IMG/VR virus record: IMGVR_UViG_3300046810_000338
Coordinates: 62,001-126,000 of that record
DNA: 64,000 nt
Strand: one strand, 5' to 3'
A program made the position numbers and the translations under genes. How positions within the stretch are numbered: position 1 is the stretch's first letter; the number at the start of each line of letters is the position of its first letter. Positions 18,720-26,933 of the stretch are shown piece by piece. Under the pieces are notes generated by a model that did not search any database, was not told the origin of the DNA, and saw only the letters and a program-made list of their open reading frames with translations.

Positions 18720-20264
18720 ATGCTCATTGACGTTTACTCTCATGGTTTCACCGTAAGTCGTCTGACGAATAACTCTCGGATAGCCTGCGGTAAGCTGTGT
18801 CGCTTTCTCGGCCACTTTGAGCTGCAACCGAATGAGGCTGGTAGATACGAGCAGAAGATGACTGCCGTGTATGCTGGTGCTTTCGGTAACAGGGAGCAGT
18901 TTGTCTTTCACCGGTCTGTCCTGGATAAATTCCTGTCAATTGTCAGGGACACTTGTCCAGGATTAGCTCCCGAGGTTAGACATCACGCCCTCTATGAGCC
19001 GGCAGCCATTGACATTGAGATGCGAGATCTCAGGGCTCCTCGTTGGGCTCAACCCGACGCCATCGCTTATGCGGTGGCAGACGGCGTAACCAAGATGATC
19101 AATCTTGGGCCTGGCCGTGGCAAGACGTTTGTGTTTAACTCTGTTGCTTTCAAGATCCAGCGACGCGTTGCTATGATCCTGCGAGCGCAGTATGTAAAGA
19201 AATGGATTGCTGATATCAAGTCTGCGCACATGGCCACTGACGAGGACATGTTTGTTGTGGCGGGTAATAAGGATGACAAAGAAGGGGCTATGGAGAAGTT
19301 GTCAAGGCTCATGAAAGAGGCGAAAGACGGTACGTTAACCGCCAAGTACATCCTGATCAGCAATGCAACCTATCGGAACTACCTCAAGTTGTACGAGGAT
19401 TCCAATGGGAGCATAAAGAACAGTGGATTCCCCTACAGTCCCCATGAGTTAATGGAGGCGTTAGGGGTGGGATTGCTGGGCATCGATGAGGTGCATCAGG
19501 ACTTCCACTTTAACCACCGTGCAATCATCTACAACCACGTTCCGAAGCTTGTCTGTCTGTCTGGTACGCTAGACCCGGATAACGTCTTCAAAGACGAGGT
19601 GGTTCGTTTGACGTTCCCTGTCAGGGAGCGCTTCACTGAACCTACTCCTGAACCTTACTTGCGTGTAAAGGCGTTGCAGTATTCATTTGCAAACCCGCAC
19701 ATGATCAAGTTCAAGAACAGGGGGCGTCCAGAATACTCACAGACGGCACTCGAAAAGAGCATCCTGTCTGTTGCGAGTATAAGTAAAAACTACATTGCCA
19801 TGCTGGTGGACATTGTAGGCATAAGCTTCATCCCCATTTATAAGCCAGGACGCAAGTGTCTGGTGTTCTGTGCAACCAAGCTGATGTGTACCGCCGTCGC
19901 GAAAGAGATGGCGAGGGCTTACCCTCATATCACGGTTAGGCGCTACATTGGGGAAGACCCAATGGAGCACATTGCTGAAGGAGAGATTCTCGTCAGCACT
20001 ACCAAATCGTGCGGGACTGCCATTGATATCCCAGGTCTGGCCATCAGTGTTATGGCCGAGGCTATCAACGACACGCAGACTAACCAGCAGAACATCAAAC
20101 GGCTTCGTGATCCTGAGCCTGGTCCAGATTACTTTACGCCGGAGTTCTTATACACGCTGTGTGTGCAAATCTCACAGCACATGAACTACCACAAGCGTCG
20201 GGTCGAAATCTTCAAGTTGATGGTGAAGTCGCATGAACTGCTCATCACCGATTATCGATTGTAG
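18720..20264 (+). CDS. SF2 helicase (phiKZ gp75-like)
   Basis: GPGRGKT (motif I), IDEVH (II), LSGT (III), TTKSCGTAIDIP (V). Confidence 0.88.
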   Translation: MLIDVYSHGFTVSRLTNNSRIACGKLCRFLGHFELQPNEAGRYEQKMTAVYAGAFGNREQFVFHRSVLDKFLSIVRDTCPGLAPEVRHHALYEPAAIDIEMRDLRAPRWAQPDAIAYAVADGVTKMINLGPGRGKTFVFNSVAFKIQRRVAMILRAQYVKKWIADIKSAHMATDEDMFVVAGNKDDKEGAMEKLSRLMKEAKDGTLTAKYILISNATYRNYLKLYEDSNGSIKNSGFPYSPHELMEALGVGLLGIDEVHQDFHFNHRAIIYNHVPKLVCLSGTLDPDNVFKDEVVRLTFPVRERFTEPTPEPYLRVKALQYSFANPHMIKFKNRGRPEYSQTALEKSILSVASISKNYIAMLVDIVGISFIPIYKPGRKCLVFCATKLMCTAVAKEMARAYPHITVRRYIGEDPMEHIAEGEILVSTTKSCGTAIDIPGLAISVMAEAINDTQTNQQNIKRLRDPEPGPDYFTPEFLYTLCVQISQHMNYHKRRVEIFKLMVKSHELLITDYRL

Positions 20265-20275
20265 GGAGTTTCACA

Positions 20276-20524
20276 ATGCCACGAGTTGACTTCAAGACCG
20301 TCGGTTGTAAGGCCGTCGATCTGATGAAACTGCTTCCCCTCACGCAATACGATCCGTCTGCCCATATCAACCACGTTAGCGTGTTGACAATGGGTGTTGA
20401 AGATGGGTCGGTGAGCTACACCATCGACAAACAAAAATGTACTGTCGAGATCGTGCCTGACAGCAAGTATCTCGATAAAGAACTCAGCCACACGGCGACG
20501 TTCAGCATTCGTAACAACAACTAA
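20276..20524 (+). CDS. Hypothetical protein
   Basis: 82 aa ORF with AGGGAG RBS. Confidence 0.7.
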   Translation: MPRVDFKTVGCKAVDLMKLLPLTQYDPSAHINHVSVLTMGVEDGSVSYTIDKQKCTVEIVPDSKYLDKELSHTATFSIRNNN

Positions 20525-20535
20525 GGAACTGGCTC

Positions 20536-21324
20536 GTGAATAAGCCCTATCAATCTGCACCCCTCAGCGACTGGCACATGAAGGTTGGCCTGTTGGTATC
20601 GTTTACCAATGCGGTCAACGATGGCCTGGCCAAGAAAGCCCATAACCCAATGGGCAGTCTGTATGTGTTCGATGCACATACCGAGATCATTGCGCCAGGC
20701 GATTGTCCACCCAACTGGCCGTCGGGTTTGATCCGCATCTATCGTAACGAGCGTCGTGCTGGTTCCGATCCTGAATTCACCCTGCATCACTTTGACCCTG
20801 CGGTAAACGCTGCCGGTTGGGATGATCGTTGGCATGGTTCGATGGATCAGACGGGTCTGCGTCGTGCACAGGCTGAAGGCTATTACCAGCTGGAAGCGCA
20901 CTACCTGGTCGTGTCCGAGTTCGGTCAGCTGTCCTTCATCCCGCTGCAAGGCGATCACAAGGATGACCCTGCCGAACTGTTGGCCGCTGTCAAGAACCTG
21001 ACAGCTTACGACAAGAAAGAAATCCTGCGAGTCTTCGATGAGGCCAAGGTCAAACAACCTTACAACGAAGATGACCTGGAATCCACCAAAGGCGTGCCTC
21101 ACACCTACGCCAACTGGTTGCTGCTCAATGCCCTGCTGGCGGCTCGTCTGGTAGCACTGCGTCAAGTGGCTCTGTCTGAACTGGGTGACCAGGTTCTGTC
21201 TGACCAACTGGCGCGGGACAGCAAGACACAGGAAGTTCTGGCCATCGACGTCGGTGAAGACGAAGAGCCTGATCCAGAACAGGTAGCTGAAATGGAACGT
21301 CTGAACCGCGATCTGAACAGCTAA
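20536..21324 (+). CDS. Hypothetical protein
   Basis: 262 aa, GTG start with AAGGA RBS, phage-like codon bias, followed by terminator. Confidence 0.75.
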   Translation: MNKPYQSAPLSDWHMKVGLLVSFTNAVNDGLAKKAHNPMGSLYVFDAHTEIIAPGDCPPNWPSGLIRIYRNERRAGSDPEFTLHHFDPAVNAAGWDDRWHGSMDQTGLRRAQAEGYYQLEAHYLVVSEFGQLSFIPLQGDHKDDPAELLAAVKNLTAYDKKEILRVFDEAKVKQPYNEDDLESTKGVPHTYANWLLLNALLAARLVALRQVALSELGDQVLSDQLARDSKTQEVLAIDVGEDEEPDPEQVAEMERLNRDLNS

Positions 21325-21330
21325 TGCATA

Positions 21331-21370
21331 CAGCCTCCCTCGCCTAAGCGAGGGAGGCTGGGCTTATGCC
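21331..21370. terminator. Bidirectional terminator
   Basis: 13 bp stem CAGCCTCCCTCGC-CTAA-GCGAGGGAGGCTG, then GGCTTATGCC and T9GT. Confidence 0.85.
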
Positions 21371-21390
21371 GAGTGTTTCTTTTTTTTTGT

Positions 21391-21933
21391 TTAACTGTGC
21401 AGGTAGAAGCCTTCGATCTTGGAAGCCACGTCGTCCTGCTCGTACAGCTTGTGGATACGGCCGTAGTCGTAGCGAGTCAGGAACAGAACGCGTGCCGCTG
21501 GATCGGCAGTGGAGCACAGCAGGTGCAGCAGGGCATTGAAGCGCTTGCGGTCGCTGGAAGGCATGCGGGTAGCCAGGTCCATTTTACGACCACGATAGCG
21601 AACGCCCATGATGTCGCCCAGGTGACTCTTGACCCAGGTCAGCAGCAGTTGCCAGCCAGTGTTGAAGTCCTCACCTTCCAGACGCAGTACCATCTTGATA
21701 GCGCGCATCAATGCCATCTGTTGGGTAACGCCGGTCTCGTCGGTCAGTTCCTTGTTGACAGCCATCTCGGTCTCGTAGGTGGTCAACAGACCGCGTACGG
21801 TTTCCAGGGTGACTTCGATCTTGGTAGGAGCAGTGCTGCGCATGGGCACAGCACCAGAAGCTTCCTTGGCCAGACGAGTAGCGTCGGTGACAGTAACGGT
21901 AGTAGCAGTGGTATCAGCGGGGGTGGCAGTCAT
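21391..21933 (-). CDS. Probable virion protein (phiKZ gp79-like)
   Basis: 180 aa, AAGGAG RBS, downstream of vRNAP subunit gene; identity from synteny. Confidence 0.55.
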   Translation of the reverse strand: MTATPADTTATTVTVTDATRLAKEASGAVPMRSTAPTKIEVTLETVRGLLTTYETEMAVNKELTDETGVTQQMALMRAIKMVLRLEGEDFNTGWQLLLTWVKSHLGDIMGVRYRGRKMDLATRMPSSDRKRFNALLHLLCSTADPAARVLFLTRYDYGRIHKLYEQDDVASKIEGFYLHS

Positions 21934-21942
21934 GATGACTCC

Positions 21943-23244
21943 TTAGGTAAGGTCAGAGAATGGATCAAAACGAGTCGTGCGCAAAGCAGTGCCATGTGCC
22001 TTACCCATGAAGATCAGTAGCAAGGTGGAGCCTACATCGGATGCCTGAGTGCCCAGAGAGGTTGGGTGCTTGGCATTGACATCCCCCATGCAGCGCTCAC
22101 AGTAGCCAGCGCCTGGGGTATGACAGAACTGAGGACTGCGGATAACGACTTGCTTACCCGCATACTTGGAGATGTTGTCTGGCTGCAAATGAATCGGTCT
22201 GCCCCCATCAAAGATGTGGTAACCGATAAACTTGGATGCCATGTCCACAGGAATGGTGCGAACCAGTCCAAGGATAGAGCCACAGTCAGGTTCAACGATG
22301 GCGTGGTTCTGAAACACGCGAATCAGATACTGAACCGCTTCACCACCGAGTGCTGTTTGTGCGCCCCGGTTAAAGGAGCCTTCACGCAGCGAGTTGACGT
22401 AGTCTTCCAGGTGATTTAGGTCCAGCCCTTCATCCAGAGAAGTTGGAATCAGCGTGACGTTAGTACCGTCGCCGAATGCAGCTTCCTCACCGTGCATACA
22501 GAGCGTCTTCATCCGAACGATGGAGAAGTTCTTCTTGCCGATCAGGTAGTCTTCTGCATCATCGCCTTTGACCCATTCTCGGTCAATGGCTTCCAACTTA
22601 CTCTTCATCATAGAAATTGTAGCAGGGTCGTGCAGACGATCCTTGTTATCTTTGAGCAGTTGTTCCCGTGTGGTTCTGACTTTAGGGTCCGTTACCAGAG
22701 AGCGACGGGTAGTGCCTGGCGTGAACACCTGAGTAAGGCCGCTGAGAATGCCCCCAACGGCCTCTGTGTAACGCAAATACTCCCAGACGTAGATCTTGCT
22801 AGGATCGTTAACAGAACGGTCTGGCGGGTTTGAGGTGAGCCGCTCGGCGATGATGTTCTCAACGTCTACAATGCGAGTGCGGTCTGGTTTGAAAGCAATC
22901 TTGTTGCCCATCCCATACACAATCACAATGTGGTGCCAGAGCACCCAAGCATACGGTGCATCGCAGTCGGCTTCACAGCCAATGAAGTCGCCTTTCTTGA
23001 AGTCGGCTACTTCACGCTTGGCAAACACTGGCTTGGTGGGTTCGGTGCCAGAGATAGCCAGAATGGCGTCTTCTTCATCCCCAGGCTTTACCCGAACCAC
23101 CCATTGGTTATCCAACAGGTAAGGTTCAAACAACCCGCCTTCACCGCGTGTAATGGTAAAGGCCCGTAGGCACCACGCCATGCGTTTGTATAACCCATCT
23201 TTGAGACAGGTCAGGAAGAACTCACGTTTATCGATAGCGTTCAT
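21943..23244 (-). CDS. Virion RNAP beta-prime middle subunit (phiKZ gp80-like)
   Basis: SLREGSFNRG, EPDCGS, IRSPQFC...YCERCMG Zn site, IFMGKAHG. Confidence 0.9.
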   Translation of the reverse strand: MNAIDKREFFLTCLKDGLYKRMAWCLRAFTITRGEGGLFEPYLLDNQWVVRVKPGDEEDAILAISGTEPTKPVFAKREVADFKKGDFIGCEADCDAPYAWVLWHHIVIVYGMGNKIAFKPDRTRIVDVENIIAERLTSNPPDRSVNDPSKIYVWEYLRYTEAVGGILSGLTQVFTPGTTRRSLVTDPKVRTTREQLLKDNKDRLHDPATISMMKSKLEAIDREWVKGDDAEDYLIGKKNFSIVRMKTLCMHGEEAAFGDGTNVTLIPTSLDEGLDLNHLEDYVNSLREGSFNRGAQTALGGEAVQYLIRVFQNHAIVEPDCGSILGLVRTIPVDMASKFIGYHIFDGGRPIHLQPDNISKYAGKQVVIRSPQFCHTPGAGYCERCMGDVNAKHPTSLGTQASDVGSTLLLIFMGKAHGTALRTTRFDPFSDLT

Positions 23245-24071
23245 TTGCCAAGAACCTTCTCAAAAACGGTGGTGACTTCACGGATCACATTCTGACCCGC
23301 CAAGGTCGAGCCGATAACCGGTTCGATCATGGCTAGCATGGAAGCCTTGAGATTCTCACGAGGAAGATCAGACATCAGGGCGAGTCCAACCAATTCGATA
23401 GCAGTGGTTTTGTAGTTGCCGACCTGGAACCAATCATCGTTGGCCAGTAGAAGGGTGTTAAGGGAGAGTCCGATCGCACCGCCGCCCTTGATATACTCGA
23501 CTGCACGAGAGTCAGGGAAGTGGACAGCGAATAGACGAAAATCATTAAGAGAAGAAACAGCAATACACGACGGTTCATCAGACAGCACCGGTTTGGCTTT
23601 GAAGCTCTCGTCCAAGCGATTAATGAGGCTAGGACTTACGGTGACGATCCAATCGATCAGGCGATCGCCGTGGTTGTTACCGCTGCGTTCAAACAGCTCA
23701 ATGAGGATGTCCTCATTGCTATCGGACAGTTCACGGATATTTTCAAGCTCCCCGAAGGATGCAGGAGAGCTGCCGTCACTGGTGTCCCAGAAGGCTAGAA
23801 ACTGAAGCATGTCAGTAATGACAGCAATCTCGCCAGGGTCGTAATTGATAGTAACCCCATACTGAGTGAGGCCAGCCAACAACCCATCCACCATTGAGGC
23901 TTCGATATTGCCCGCCATGACTTCAGGCTCAGTACCTGTTTCGGCCAGCATGATCTCTTCAATCTTGTCCACGTAGCTTGTCAAGCCAATGCGGTACAAG
24001 AGCTGAATTGTGTTCATCAATTCGACCACTCGGTTAGGGTGGTAGACGTGACTTAAAAATTGCTCAAGCAT
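23241..24071 (-). CDS. Conserved hypothetical protein
   Basis: 276 aa, coupled to the vRNAP gene by a 4 nt overlap. Confidence 0.75.
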   Translation of the reverse strand: MLEQFLSHVYHPNRVVELMNTIQLLYRIGLTSYVDKIEEIMLAETGTEPEVMAGNIEASMVDGLLAGLTQYGVTINYDPGEIAVITDMLQFLAFWDTSDGSSPASFGELENIRELSDSNEDILIELFERSGNNHGDRLIDWIVTVSPSLINRLDESFKAKPVLSDEPSCIAVSSLNDFRLFAVHFPDSRAVEYIKGGGAIGLSLNTLLLANDDWFQVGNYKTTAIELVGLALMSDLPRENLKASMLAMIEPVIGSTLAGQNVIREVTTVFEKVLGK

Positions 24072-24196
24072 AGCTCACCCACGAGAAGTGCGTTATATAG
24101 AAAGAGAGTTCAATAGCATATAGCGGGCTATAGACTTAAAAACCACGCCCCAGCGGCCTCCAAGCTAGCCACAATTTTTTGATAAGGAATTAGGAA

Positions 24197-24778
24197 ATGA
24201 GTAAACATAATGCAGGTGCGTTTGGTAGCCGCAAGCGTGCTCCAGCTTCCACAGTAGCCGTTCAAGGTAACACCCTGACGTTCGACCCAGATCCACGTCC
24301 GTACTTCGCCGACTACGCTTCCATGGCGTTGGACTGCGAGGCACTGATCACCAGCGCTGGCATGGTACTGCCGTTCGTGCAATCGGAACTCGTCGGCCAG
24401 GTTAACGCCGGTGCGTTGAACCAGGACATCCTGATCCTGAATACCCACACTGCTGCGTTCAAGGGTCGTTTGGCGATCCTGCGTGCTGATACCGAAGAAC
24501 TGCGTGCCCGCATCACCTACGCCGGGCAAGACCAGGTGTTGGAGCTGATGAACCACGCTGAGTTGTTCGAGATCTTCATGAACGACTACACCCGCGTGGC
24601 GATGTTGTCCATCGACAACGTGCTCGAACACTTCCGTAAACTGGGTCAGGACATTCCGTATGTCTGCCCATTCAGCCCAGGCTTCCGTCAGGCAGTCGGC
24701 AAGTTCCAAATGAGTTCCGAGCAGTTCGCCAAGGCGACTGCTCCGATCACCCTCGGCGAAGTTCTTCAAGGCGAGTAA
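24197..24778 (+). CDS. Hypothetical protein
   Basis: 193 aa, AGGA RBS, biased codons. Confidence 0.75.
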   Translation: MSKHNAGAFGSRKRAPASTVAVQGNTLTFDPDPRPYFADYASMALDCEALITSAGMVLPFVQSELVGQVNAGALNQDILILNTHTAAFKGRLAILRADTEELRARITYAGQDQVLELMNHAELFEIFMNDYTRVAMLSIDNVLEHFRKLGQDIPYVCPFSPGFRQAVGKFQMSSEQFAKATAPITLGEVLQGE

Positions 24779-24781
24779 GAC

Positions 24782-26398
24782 ATGAACGAAGAAAATGAAA
24801 TCTCTGGCAGCCCTTTGCCAGAGAGCGATTTGGATGTCGAGACCCCGGTACCCCAAGAGGTACTGGCAGCCGACGCTGCGGTAGCCCCAATTCCTACCCC
24901 TGTCGATCCATCGTTTGATAACGACTCGGACTTCGATCAGGAACCGGTCTCGGCTAATCCAGGCTCCAGCAGTGTCTTCTCTGACGATCACTGGACCCAG
25001 GACAACGTGCAGGGTAAAGACCCTATCACCAAGCCTCTGGCACCGGGTGTGGTTCCTCCAGCGGTGATTCGCATGCCGTCGATGTCGATGGCCGATACCC
25101 AACTGGTTATCACTGCGCTGGAACCTGTGGCTGCTCAGTTGTCGCCAGCCGGTCGTGAATGGGCACAGGTTGTTCAGGACTCCATCTCTTTCCTGCATGA
25201 AGACGGCCAGTTCTCCGACAGCTTGAAACGTGAAGGTTCTAAGTGGACCCAGGTCATCGAGCACGAAGGCGTGAAGATGACGGCATCCGTGCCGGTATCT
25301 GATAAGCCTGCTCCTGGCACCAAGCTGGTTGGTACCGACGCAGACATTCAGCTGTCTCGCGTGCTCGGCACTTATGCCCGCATGATGTTCCCGCTGTGGC
25401 ACAGTGGTCTGTGGTTGAACGTAGCCGTGCCGTCGGGTAACGAGCTGCACGATCTGGAAACTCAGATGGCCACAGCCAAGTACGACCTCGGCTGGATCTC
25501 CAAGGGCCTGGCGTATTCCAACACCATGGTCTTGCAGAACATCACGTTCCTGAACTTCATTCTGGACCGTGTCGTGGGCACCAACGTCGATGATTCGACG
25601 GTGGCAGGGCTCAAGCGATATATGCGCATCACTGACCTCAACCCACTGGCTGGTTGGATGTCGGCATCGGTCTACCCGTCTGGCTTCCCGCTGGAACGTC
25701 CTTGCTCGGCCAACCCGCTCAAGTGCCACGAAGTCACTCGCGATACCCTGCGCTTGACCAAGATCGTCTGGAACGACTCGGCGTCACTCTCGCCTGAACA
25801 ACTCAAACATATGCAGCCTCGCCTGGCCGGTCGTAAGAAAACCGCCGACGATATGCAGAAGTATCAAGACGGGTTCTCCCGCATTGGTGCACGGGTTGTG
25901 GAACTCAAGCCTGGCCTGAGCGTTCGTTTCCTGCCTCCGACCATCGAGCAGTATGAACAGTCTGGTTTCTCCTGGATCGATCAGATCGAGAAGAACGCCA
26001 ACTCCATGCTGGCGACTATGTCGGAAGCTGAGCTGAACAAGTACATGACCGACCAGTATCAGCTGACGGCTATGCGCCAATACGCTCACTGGGTTGAAGC
26101 CATTGTCTACCCAGACGACGTCGAAGTCGTTGACCGTGAATCCATCAACAACTCGCTCAAGTCGCTGTCTACCGAAGACGCGGTCGTCGAAGTGTTTATG
26201 GCGGCGGTACGTAAGTACATCGACGACTGCACCATCACTGTCGTTGCCATCAACAACTACACCTGTCCCAAGTGCAACAAGTCCCAAGCGGTGGAGAAGA
26301 AGAACCCTCGGCTTATTCCGATCGATGCGGTCCACACTTTTTTCACCCTCAGCGGCCTGAAGACACAAATTACTCTATCGAGAAATATGGCGTTCTAG
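24782..26398 (+). CDS. Putative tail/baseplate assembly chaperone with Cys motifs (T4 gp26-like)
   Basis: 538 aa; PLWHSG, CSANPLKC and C-terminal CPKC motifs; function is inference. Confidence 0.55.
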   Translation: MNEENEISGSPLPESDLDVETPVPQEVLAADAAVAPIPTPVDPSFDNDSDFDQEPVSANPGSSSVFSDDHWTQDNVQGKDPITKPLAPGVVPPAVIRMPSMSMADTQLVITALEPVAAQLSPAGREWAQVVQDSISFLHEDGQFSDSLKREGSKWTQVIEHEGVKMTASVPVSDKPAPGTKLVGTDADIQLSRVLGTYARMMFPLWHSGLWLNVAVPSGNELHDLETQMATAKYDLGWISKGLAYSNTMVLQNITFLNFILDRVVGTNVDDSTVAGLKRYMRITDLNPLAGWMSASVYPSGFPLERPCSANPLKCHEVTRDTLRLTKIVWNDSASLSPEQLKHMQPRLAGRKKTADDMQKYQDGFSRIGARVVELKPGLSVRFLPPTIEQYEQSGFSWIDQIEKNANSMLATMSEAELNKYMTDQYQLTAMRQYAHWVEAIVYPDDVEVVDRESINNSLKSLSTEDAVVEVFMAAVRKYIDDCTITVVAINNYTCPKCNKSQAVEKKNPRLIPIDAVHTFFTLSGLKTQITLSRNMAF

Positions 26399-26883
26399 AG
26401 CACCCAGCCAAAGACAAGGTCATTAATACCTATCGTCACGTTAATGACCCCAACTTTGGTTTGGAGACAGATAGATTCGATGCCGAACTGGACCGCGTTA
26501 AATCAGTAATCAAAGATTCTGGTGAAAAGCTGGACTGGGTTGACAACGAGCTTATGATGCGGGCTATCTACGAGTCTGCATTCGGTATACGGAATCACTA
26601 CGGTCCGAAGGTCTCTCCGTTGGCTCCGGTCGCGGCCAACCCCAAGGAAGACTATCTGCCGTATTCTTCCAAGTACCGGGACCACGCTGTGTTCATCGAA
26701 GAGAAGGTGTTTGAGGCTACGGGCATGTCCATGCAGACATTCTTCGACAGACCTCGGGCAGACATCGAGATGGACTTTGCGCTGGTCAAGCAAAAGAACA
26801 AACGGCATGCTGCGGCGCTCAACGCTGCAACTAACCCTGGCGGTAAGCTTCCTCCGATACCTCCACTGCCACGCGGTAGATAA
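26338..26883 (+). CDS. Start-less ORF, probably the -1 frameshift extension of the upstream gene
   Basis: Open -1 frame from the T_TTT_TTC site at 26338-26344; no in-frame ATG/GTG with an RBS near the expected start; YESAFGI and MSMQTFFDRP segments; ends at a terminator. Confidence 0.55.
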   Translation, partial: FFHPQRPEDTNYSIEKYGVLEHPAKDKVINTYRHVNDPNFGLETDRFDAELDRVKSVIKDSGEKLDWVDNELMMRAIYESAFGIRNHYGPKVSPLAPVAANPKEDYLPYSSKYRDHAVFIEEKVFEATGMSMQTFFDRPRADIEMDFALVKQKNKRHAAALNAATNPGGKLPPIPPLPRGR

Positions 26884-26885
26884 TG

Positions 26886-26933
26886 GGCATACTCTCCCTC
26901 TTCCCCTAAAGGAAGAGGGAGAGGGCTTATGCC
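26886..26933. terminator. Bidirectional terminator
   Basis: GGCATA-CTCTCCCTCTTCC...GGAAGAGGGAGAG-GGCTTATGCC; overlaps the polymerase stop codon. Confidence 0.85.

Noticed and set aside
26272-26337. ORF-track ATG start for the 203 aa ORF
   Set aside because: It lies 127 nt inside the upstream gene with no RBS, and the added N-terminus looks like off-frame sequence; the frameshift or a later non-canonical start fits better.
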